26,427 bases of DNA from assembly GCA_044356295.1 (NCBI GenBank), contig JBIKWN010000123.1, positions 1 through 26,427 of the forward strand, written 5' to 3'. The stretch comes from Bdellovibrionota bacterium (GTDB taxonomy: Bacteria; Bdellovibrionota_C; UBA2361; JBIKWN01). A model generated the notes under the pieces. That model did not search any database. It was given only the letters and a program-made list of their open reading frames with translations, and had not been told where the DNA came from. Position numbers and translations under genes: made by a program. Shown piece by piece: positions 9,172 through 16,763 of the stretch (positions are counted from its first letter, which is position 1; each line of letters begins with the position of its first letter).

Positions 9172-10193
9172 TTATTCCTATACTGCAAAACAGTAGTACT
9201 AGTTAATTTATTTACTTCTTCTGCTAAGCTACTGTACTTATTATCAAAGTACAGCAAAGAGCAGGCCTTACTTATTAGATCATCTATACGCTTCTCATAC
9301 AATATAAAGTCTATGTGACATAAGTAGTGAGCTCTTCTAATTAAACTAGATGCAAGGACTAGTATTAGTGTATGTAGTCCTCCAGGCCCTATTAAAGAGT
9401 CATTATATGTATACATTGCACGTAGAGGATTTATTACTGTCTCCTCTAGTGGTATCTCTGGTATTACTAATTCCTCTGCCTGTATTGCTAAATAGATGTC
9501 CTGTATGTAGTAGCAGTAATTAATAGATAACGTCTGAAATAAGAACTGTATAGGTGCTTCTACGGGTATCTCATCTAAGAAGTAATTAGCTCCATACTTA
9601 CTAAGTTTGTATTTATTAAATATCTTTAAATGTCTTAGTAAAGTAGCTACTTCGGGTAATTGATTGACTAAATAGCTAATGTAGTCATATATAAAGTCAT
9701 CTTCTACTTGTTCCTCTTTAGTTAAAGCAAGAGATAAAGGCTTATATAAAGAGTCATACAGTTTAAGGAGACATATGCAGCCATAATAACTCTGCTCAGA
9801 AGGAGTTAAGTAGCTTGCATTACGTGCAGTAATAAATGACAAGTAATAACCTAAAGTGCCATAACTAGTTATCCACGTAGCTTCATTATTAAACATGCGA
9901 ATAGAGTGCTGTTCTATAGACAACATCTCTTTAGTACCTATTGACTGAAGTCTTAAGTCTAATAAGTCAGGTTCTATAGTATTAGTAGTGTTCAGCGCTA
10001 TTAGTATCTGTTCTAAATTATACACAAGAGAATAAATACCTATATCTGCTTCTGCTTCACTAAATACGTCAAACAAGTAGGCAATATTGTTGTATGTCTG
10101 ATTAATAGATAGAGCTAAATCAACTATTATCTTTTGTTGTTCTTCAGTTAAGTTCTTTACAGAAATAGGAATGACGTTTATTGATTCATACAT
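9162..10193 (-). CDS. Hypothetical protein (Leu/Tyr/Ile-rich, probably helical)
   Basis: 343-aa ORF overlapping the next gene by 10 nt; no motif recognised. Confidence 0.65.
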   Translation of the reverse strand: MYESINVIPISVKNLTEEQQKIIVDLALSINQTYNNIAYLFDVFSEAEADIGIYSLVYNLEQILIALNTTNTIEPDLLDLRLQSIGTKEMLSIEQHSIRMFNNEATWITSYGTLGYYLSFITARNASYLTPSEQSYYGCICLLKLYDSLYKPLSLALTKEEQVEDDFIYDYISYLVNQLPEVATLLRHLKIFNKYKLSKYGANYFLDEIPVEAPIQFLFQTLSINYCYYIQDIYLAIQAEELVIPEIPLEETVINPLRAMYTYNDSLIGPGGLHTLILVLASSLIRRAHYLCHIDFILYEKRIDDLISKACSLLYFDNKYSSLAEEVNKLTSTTVLQYRNKWL

Positions 10194-10195
10194 GA

Positions 10196-10702
10196 TTATT
10201 TAAATACGTGTGAGCGTTGATATATAGCAAATACTTCTTCTGCTATGTCACAGCCTAAATACGTGTCAAGTTGCTGCAATGCATTGTAAGTATTAAAGAT
10301 TAAAGTAGTAGGCGGGTATTGTGTCTTCTCTATAGCAAGTAGCTGTGGATTACTTATAGACCAATTGTTTAGTTTAGCTACTAACAGTACTAGCTCGTAA
10401 ACACTATAATCATTCTTACTACAATAATCAGCGTGAGGTAATAGATCCTCTTCTTCTTTAAGTAGTAATGCTTGTGCTACTGCCTTCTTATACGAGCGTA
10501 TATTGCTGCTTATTAGTAGGCATAGAATAGATGCTCTATGATCAAAGTAGACAGTATTGTTTTGATAGTAAGTAGGAGTTAATAAAAAGTTGTATAGCAA
10601 TACCTTATTTAAACTTAGTCCGCATTTACCATAAGCCGTTACTAAGTAGAAGTACTCTTCACTAGTAGACAGACTATATATATCCTTATCTGTATAGTTC
10701 AT
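10196..10702 (-). CDS. Hypothetical protein
   Basis: 168-aa ORF tightly packed in the operon; no motif recognised. Confidence 0.65.
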   Translation of the reverse strand: MNYTDKDIYSLSTSEEYFYLVTAYGKCGLSLNKVLLYNFLLTPTYYQNNTVYFDHRASILCLLISSNIRSYKKAVAQALLLKEEEDLLPHADYCSKNDYSVYELVLLVAKLNNWSISNPQLLAIEKTQYPPTTLIFNTYNALQQLDTYLGCDIAEEVFAIYQRSHVFK

Positions 10703-10707
10703 GTTAT

Positions 10708-11856
10708 TTATCTAAATCTCAAACACTGTTCAGGATCAATAAAGTCTCCATTAATCTTTATTTCAAAGTGCAAATGAGGGCCCGTACTATATCCCGTATT
10801 GCCCATATCTCCAATACGCTGACCTACTACTACCTGTTGGCCTACTGAGCAGAATATAGCTTCTAGATGATTATAGGTAGTAAGAATACCTTCTGGACTA
10901 GTTATTACCACTCTATTACCATAGCCTCCATCATTCCAACCCGCCTCATTGACTACTCCATTACTACTAGCAAATATGGGAGTTCCTACATTATTAGCTA
11001 TGTCTACACCATTATGCATACGCTCATTTCTCCAACCAAAGCCACTAGTAAACGTTCCTTGAGTAGGCAGTCTTAAACTAGAACACATAGCAAATCCCTG
11101 TGCCAGCATTGCAAACTTGGCACCTTTAGCTACTAAGGTACTGTTAGCTACTCCTGCTCCATTAGTACTACTTCCTGTCACTGGTCTAACTATGTTAGAT
11201 ATTTTGCAACCTGGATTAGTTATCTGATAATTAGCTCTATACAGATCAACCGCACTAATAGCGGCACAGGTAATATCTGCCTGTAATGCTAGATCTAAAT
11301 CCAATGCAGTAGCAGGAGCAGTACGTAATCCTTGACCTAGTCCACTAAGAGCACTAAGAGAGACGGCAGGTCCTTCAGGTAAAGGAACGCCCTTTAGTGA
11401 GTCAACTAACTTACAAAAGCTTTCTGCGGTATACTTACTGCCCTGATTCTTATATCTAAAACCAGAAGAACTATTAGGCATTGCTGCCCACTCCAGAGAA
11501 TTACTATCTAACGTTGCTAGACAGTTACCTGCTATAACGTCATTTAGTGTACCTCTAAGAGTATCCATTCTATATAAAGCAGCAATATCCTGATCTCTAG
11601 GATTGCGTATATCTAAAGGACCTAAGCCTTGCTGTATCTCTTTCCATGTACTTGGCATAAACTGATAACGACCAAACGCAGCACTAGTTCCTCCTTGAAA
11701 AATAGTATTAGGATGAGCAGCGCTTGTAGGCACATGCACGTAGCCCCCATTAGCCGTATAGTAAGTGGGAGCCTCTATCTGACTAATTGCATTTAAATAG
11801 GCAACAACATTAGTATTACTTAATAACTGTAAATAGTAATTCTTGTCTTTAGCCAT
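10708..11856 (-). CDS. Bifunctional peptidoglycan hydrolase: lambda-R-like lysozyme/transglycosylase + M23 metallopeptidase
   Basis: N-terminus AYLNAISQIE (catalytic Glu position), HP, SAAFGRYQFMPSTW, PRDQDIAAL. C-terminus TSGFGWR..RMHNGVD (HxxxD), GGYGN, GYSTGPHLHFE (HxH). Confidence 0.92.
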   Translation of the reverse strand: MAKDKNYYLQLLSNTNVVAYLNAISQIEAPTYYTANGGYVHVPTSAAHPNTIFQGGTSAAFGRYQFMPSTWKEIQQGLGPLDIRNPRDQDIAALYRMDTLRGTLNDVIAGNCLATLDSNSLEWAAMPNSSSGFRYKNQGSKYTAESFCKLVDSLKGVPLPEGPAVSLSALSGLGQGLRTAPATALDLDLALQADITCAAISAVDLYRANYQITNPGCKISNIVRPVTGSSTNGAGVANSTLVAKGAKFAMLAQGFAMCSSLRLPTQGTFTSGFGWRNERMHNGVDIANNVGTPIFASSNGVVNEAGWNDGGYGNRVVITSPEGILTTYNHLEAIFCSVGQQVVVGQRIGDMGNTGYSTGPHLHFEIKINGDFIDPEQCLRFR

Positions 11857-11858
11857 AA

Positions 11859-12272
11859 CTACTCTAATCCTGTATATATAGTTTTGTTGGGTAGGAACTT
11901 GTTATATGCTCTAAATAACTCAACTCTGTCTAGCTTCTTTAAATCACTAGAACTAGATAGATCTGCGTGCGTATAAACCTTATCCAGGGCTATATCTAAT
12001 TGAGATAACAGATATGCAAGCGTCATGTATTGAGCAGAATTAAGGGATCCATCAATAGACTCTAGGCATATTTGATAGGAGCTGGCATCTACATTAGATA
12101 TACCTTTTAATTCGCAGTTACCACAGGCTACCGCAGCTCTATTAGCAGGAACTAAGTATGTAAGAGCGCCATTGGTACTAATGAATGCGTGATAGCTATA
12201 GCTAGCAGTCTGTATAGTACTGAGAAATACGTCAGAGCTTTCTTCTGTCTGATGTAATACAACAATAAACAT
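11859..12272 (-). CDS. N-acetylmuramoyl-L-alanine amidase (Amidase_2 / PGRP fold), cyanobacterial-like
   Basis: VVLHQT, SYHAFISTNGALTYLVP, YQICLES, AQYMTLAYL, VYTHADL: two candidate Zn-ligand His plus a downstream Asp. Confidence 0.8.
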   Translation of the reverse strand: MFIVVLHQTEESSDVFLSTIQTASYSYHAFISTNGALTYLVPANRAAVACGNCELKGISNVDASSYQICLESIDGSLNSAQYMTLAYLLSQLDIALDKVYTHADLSSSSDLKKLDRVELFRAYNKFLPNKTIYTGLE

Positions 12273-13448
12273 TTACTTATTAATACTCCTCTTATAGTCT
12301 ACGTATCTACTGTCTCCCAATATCTTATCAACTAACGACTGATTAACTTGCGTTGCTTCTGGTAAGTCATAATAGATATACATTAGTCTAATTGCCGTAT
12401 CCTCTTGTTGCTTTGGCAGTCTATTATTCCACTGCAAATAACTAATGAAGGCAAGTACCTCTTCTCTAGTTAGAGTAAGTCTTGGCTTAGAGTTAGTAAC
12501 AGGGAGCCGCAACTCTTTAGGTTTATATGCAGATGAAGTAGGCGCTGCTTCTTTTTTAGTATCTAGAGACTTTACTGCCTGCTTCTGTGCAAAAGAAGTC
12601 TTATTACACTGCTTAGCCGTCTTTAATGCTAATTCATGTATCTTCCTATGCTGCGCAGCTCTGTATTGTGCGTCAATAAGACTATTACTATTACGTGGAT
12701 AACTAGTAATCTTTGACAGTTTATTTACAGCATCTAGTGCAACTGCAGCAACTCTAGTAGCCTTAGTACACTTATCCTCTTTATCTGCTAATGCGATTTG
12801 ATAGTAGCTGCCATTTACATAGTCATACTTTATTCCTCTGTAATAACTGCCCTTATCACCTAAGCCCGTATCTATATCAATACCTGTAGGAAGTGCCTGT
12901 TCTCTTACTAGATCAGCTCTATTTGTACTAGAAGTTAATAAGTCTGTAAGTCTATACGCATCCGTATCCAGTTGAGTAGAAGTAACAGTTACTCTATTAG
13001 CAGAAGGATTCTGTACTCTATCAGGAGATAGTATTGGCTGAGGCGCATAAGTATTGTCTTCCTGTAACTGTCTAAATTTAGTTCTCTCAGTATTGGCGCC
13101 CATCAACTTATCCATATTACCTGGAAGAGATACTGCGCCTAGAATAACTATATGATCTAAGTGATTGTATAGACAACTAACAATCACCGCATCTCCTACC
13201 TTATAAGTGGCGTATTCTCCTACTCCATTACCAGTAAAAGAAGAAGTAATAGGTATACAGCCCGTAGCAATATGACCATTTGTATTATGTATTAGTACGT
13301 CATATCGTTGTATTAGATGACTTTGGTATTCTCCATCTGAAGTTAAATTAACAATTTCTCCTAAAGATAGCCATGTATTGTCTAATGCCTGCATACCTCT
13401 AGCATTAGTAAAGAAGCCATTAGGATTGTAGAGTGGATTGTCTAGCAT
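12273..13448 (-). CDS. Baseplate spike N-terminal OB-fold protein (gpV/gp5/VgrG-like)
   Basis: LGEIVN...RYDVLI...GNGVGEYATYKVGDAVIVSCLYNHLDHIVILGAV fits the gp5/gpV OB-fold pattern. Directly follows the hub gene; AGGAG upstream. Confidence 0.7.
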   Translation of the reverse strand: MLDNPLYNPNGFFTNARGMQALDNTWLSLGEIVNLTSDGEYQSHLIQRYDVLIHNTNGHIATGCIPITSSFTGNGVGEYATYKVGDAVIVSCLYNHLDHIVILGAVSLPGNMDKLMGANTERTKFRQLQEDNTYAPQPILSPDRVQNPSANRVTVTSTQLDTDAYRLTDLLTSSTNRADLVREQALPTGIDIDTGLGDKGSYYRGIKYDYVNGSYYQIALADKEDKCTKATRVAAVALDAVNKLSKITSYPRNSNSLIDAQYRAAQHRKIHELALKTAKQCNKTSFAQKQAVKSLDTKKEAAPTSSAYKPKELRLPVTNSKPRLTLTREEVLAFISYLQWNNRLPKQQEDTAIRLMYIYYDLPEATQVNQSLVDKILGDSRYVDYKRSINK

Positions 13449-13456
13449 ATATGCTC

Positions 13457-15901
13457 CTATAGTATGTCTGCAATAGCAACTATCTTTGTGGTGTAACCTG
13501 CGTCAGCTCCTGTAGCCTTTAAAGAGTGAGTAATATTTCTTACCTTGTACATAGGAAATATCTTCTGCGTATCATCAGAATACACGCCCGTTGCAGTTCT
13601 AATCTTATTAATGACGGCACTGAGATCTGCAATCTTAGCCTTACTGCCCTCTTGAGATCTCTTATTCTTCTTTATACCATCTACCTCTTGATATAAGGTA
13701 CCTAACACTGATTGAGAGGTTGCGTCTTTGCTGTAGGTAAACACATCCTTACTATGCAGAACCGTGTTATAGATTCTTATAGCTTCTCCTGGGCACATAC
13801 TAGCGTCTCCCAATATTCTCAACATAACAGTTAAGTTGTCCTTAGCCATAATAGAGGCGCTAGTAAGAGCTAATGCTTGTGCTGCTCCCTCCTTATTATC
13901 CAAGTTGTACTTAGGATCTTTAATCTTAGGATCACTAATGATGTGCTGCTTTACTGGTACGTTTTTATATTGATGAGCGTAAGAAGTAATATCTACAATA
14001 GATACAAGATCAGTAAGAGAAGCGTTAGTGGGATTATTAAAATCTGCACTAGCAATAGTAAATCTATTAAAGGAGCCAATAGTGCTCTCTTGTACACGTA
14101 TATCCTTAATAAGATTTCTATATGCTACAGGAATACCGTCTATACAGTTAAAGAAGAAGTAAGTCCTGTTACCTCTTTCTGGATCTTCTAGTCCCGTAAC
14201 ATCTAGTACTCTAGGACCAAATATAAAGTGTCCATTGACGTGAGAGCAGTAAAAGTCAATAGGCATTACCTCAGTTACCTGTAAATATGTAAGTATTTCA
14301 AATGGACTCTTATTAATAATCTGCATAGTTGTCTGTCCAGTGCCAGATACTAATGGAGGCTGTAGCGTCCATATGTGGAACAGGGGATCATATTTAGACT
14401 TGGCAGGATTAATAACGTCTGTTGGTAAGAATGCATTTGCTTGTATCCATGCATTAGGATCTTCTATAGCATTGCTAAACTTAATACGCTCTTTAGCTAA
14501 AGCACTTAGATTCTCATCTATTCTCTTTACCTGATCAGTAATTCTATTACACCTGTCAATTAGAGTATTGTTATCTCCCTTAAACTTAATAGCCTTACCA
14601 TCTGCTCCTACCGTTGTACTGCCTGGGGTACATACAGTGTCGTATAGAGACACTATATTACCTACATCTAATCCATAGCGCCACATCATACCTGCAGCAC
14701 TATTAAGGCTATTGTCCAGATATATGCCACCATTAGCCGCTTTATATACCGCCTCAATAGTCTTATGTCTTAATCCTTCAAATGCTCCTCTTTCTTTACT
14801 GTCTTGATTAATAAAAGGCAAAGTAATAAGCTTTGTATCTGCCAATATTCTACTTCTATCACGCAGATTATAGATTATCTGTACAGAGTTAGCACTTCCT
14901 ATAAATTCTATAGTGTCTATAAAGCCCCAAAAGATAGGGGCTAGTGGTTTGTTTGCTGTTATCTCTTTTACCTTAGTAGTAGTATTAGATAACTCATCAC
15001 GTAGCTTCTTTATGTCTGCATTATAAGTATTTATTTCTTGATAAAATCTAGTAATGTCCTTCTCCTTTTTTTGTTTGCTTTCAGAGGAGCCCTGAGCGTC
15101 TCTAATATACTTTCTTCTATCTTCTATGCACTTTTCAAGCTGTTTTATACGATTAGCCTTAGTATCCTGCTCTGCTTTAGATAAGGTACTAGCGTCTACA
15201 AAGTCTCTATATTTAAATGAGTAAGGGTAATTATCCAAATCTTCTAAGGCCACAGTACTGTCTGTCTTATAGCCCGCATATATACGCACTTCATCATCAG
15301 TAGCTAAAGGTCTAGTTATTACTTTATTAGAACTATCAACAGTATTCTGTACTATTGGCAGAGGAGGTATATTACCCTTACTATCCAATTGACAGGTAAT
15401 AATAAGCTTAGCTTTGCACACGGGCCAATCTCTAGATATTTCTACTTCTGCTTCTCTAAGGAACCACACCTGTGGATTAGATGTAGGACATATCTGTACA
15501 TTAGAATAAAGCAGTATTTCTTTATCTACTGCAGCAGGAACAGTAATAGTATTAGCTAAGCTAGCTCTTGCTAAAGCTCTGAGGTCTGCAAGCTCTTTTC
15601 TATATTCATTAATCTCTGTCTGTACGTCTTCAGCTCTATCCCTAGAACTTGTTAAAGCTAATAAATTAACTTTAATAGTTTTTACTAATCTGGTTTCTTC
15701 CTGTTGTTGATTGTACTGATCTGCTGTAGTATAAACGCCCGCATACACTAATGGTTTATCTTCTTCATTAATAGCTTTACTGGCTGTTTTATTAGGAGCT
15801 TCCTGTATTAATCTCTGTGTTTTATTGTTAGTTACGTACGTAACTGCAAAGCAGGGAATAGATTCTTGTTCTGTATAATATTTAGCCATAAGGTATTGCA
15901 T
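13457..15901 (-). CDS. Baseplate hub protein (gp27 / P2 gpD / Mu gp44-like) with helical insertions
   Basis: EVEISRDW..CKAKLII, DDEVRIYAGY, PIFWGFIDTIE, RDRSRIL, LRILGDASMCPGEAIRI, YKVRNITHSL...GYTTKIVA. The true start may be the second Met (MAKYY, 15889). Confidence 0.7.
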   Translation of the reverse strand: MQYLMAKYYTEQESIPCFAVTYVTNNKTQRLIQEAPNKTASKAINEEDKPLVYAGVYTTADQYNQQQEETRLVKTIKVNLLALTSSRDRAEDVQTEINEYRKELADLRALARASLANTITVPAAVDKEILLYSNVQICPTSNPQVWFLREAEVEISRDWPVCKAKLIITCQLDSKGNIPPLPIVQNTVDSSNKVITRPLATDDEVRIYAGYKTDSTVALEDLDNYPYSFKYRDFVDASTLSKAEQDTKANRIKQLEKCIEDRRKYIRDAQGSSESKQKKEKDITRFYQEINTYNADIKKLRDELSNTTTKVKEITANKPLAPIFWGFIDTIEFIGSANSVQIIYNLRDRSRILADTKLITLPFINQDSKERGAFEGLRHKTIEAVYKAANGGIYLDNSLNSAAGMMWRYGLDVGNIVSLYDTVCTPGSTTVGADGKAIKFKGDNNTLIDRCNRITDQVKRIDENLSALAKERIKFSNAIEDPNAWIQANAFLPTDVINPAKSKYDPLFHIWTLQPPLVSGTGQTTMQIINKSPFEILTYLQVTEVMPIDFYCSHVNGHFIFGPRVLDVTGLEDPERGNRTYFFFNCIDGIPVAYRNLIKDIRVQESTIGSFNRFTIASADFNNPTNASLTDLVSIVDITSYAHQYKNVPVKQHIISDPKIKDPKYNLDNKEGAAQALALTSASIMAKDNLTVMLRILGDASMCPGEAIRIYNTVLHSKDVFTYSKDATSQSVLGTLYQEVDGIKKNKRSQEGSKAKIADLSAVINKIRTATGVYSDDTQKIFPMYKVRNITHSLKATGADAGYTTKIVAIADIL

Positions 15902-15905
15902 TAGT

Positions 15906-15939
15906 AAAAAGCAGGTCGTATATAAGTACTACCTGCTTT
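15906..15939 (-). terminator. Rho-independent terminator after the tail tube gene
   Basis: Minus strand reads AAAGCAGGT-A-GTA-CTTATA-TAC-G-ACCTGC-TTTTT: a stem-loop with one mismatch followed by a U-tract. Confidence 0.75.
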
Positions 15940-15963
15940 AATGTTTATTTATGTGAGTATTTA

Positions 15964-16740
15964 TTAAGTATAAGGAAAGTCGATATTAGGAGTCTGAGCA
16001 CCACCCGCCTTAAATGGTCCTGTTGGCTTTCTATTGTAAGAAGAGCCATTAAAGTTAGTTCTAAAGTTCTGTAGACTCTCAGGAATAAATCTTAGACCTT
16101 CAGCTACTCCTTCCCAGCGTTGAGCTACTACTCTTCTACCCGGCATAATACCAATAGAGAGAGAGTCAATCTTACAGCGCTGTAACTCATATCTGCCTTG
16201 AACAATTGGTACGGCTTTTTGTTGACCATATGCAACACTGCCTCCATTAAGTCCTTTTAGTTGATTCTTAACAAAGCTTTGATTGTCGCCACCAACTAAC
16301 TGATTAAATACGGTACCACCAGTTCTGTAGATAATCTGCTCATTGCTTTTACCACCCCCATCACTAATACCTCTATAAGTCTCTGCTAATTCATTAGCAT
16401 TAGCATCAAAGGTAAGCTGAAATCTAGGAGATCTAGTAACAAGCTGTTCTCTTGTCATTTGCTGTACACCAAACGTTCTTTGTAAGAAGTTGAGATCTAC
16501 TAGACCCTGTTCAACTACAAATGCAATCTGGACTTCACCATCTAGATATACGGGGAATCTAGTCCCTAAAGGCAAATAAGTCTCAGTACTATTTCTAATA
16601 GTTAGAGTAATAGATTGAAAGTCTCCAAAGAGAGCTAATTGACCCGTAACACTATCTTGCATCCATGCAGCAATATCAAAACCGGCAATTGGATCAAGAA
16701 TAGTATTATTTACTGGCGCTTTATAAATGTCTAAAGGCAT
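15964..16740 (-). CDS. Tail tube protein
   Basis: 258 aa, directly after the sheath. Beta-rich pattern FQSITLTIRNSTETYLPLG...GEVQIAFVVEQG...YELQRCKIDSLSIG...WEGVAE typical of contractile tail tubes. Confidence 0.75.
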   Translation of the reverse strand: MPLDIYKAPVNNTILDPIAGFDIAAWMQDSVTGQLALFGDFQSITLTIRNSTETYLPLGTRFPVYLDGEVQIAFVVEQGLVDLNFLQRTFGVQQMTREQLVTRSPRFQLTFDANANELAETYRGISDGGGKSNEQIIYRTGGTVFNQLVGGDNQSFVKNQLKGLNGGSVAYGQQKAVPIVQGRYELQRCKIDSLSIGIMPGRRVVAQRWEGVAEGLRFIPESLQNFRTNFNGSSYNRKPTGPFKAGGAQTPNIDFPYT

Positions 16741-16763
16741 ATTATTTGTATTATGTATTTGTA

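Noticed and set aside
11859..12272. Amidase as a catalytically dead domain (no AWHAG or CPG motif)
   Set aside because: Cyanobacterial-type Amidase_2 proteins, as I recall them, also lack these motifs, and candidate His/His/Asp and Glu residues are present.
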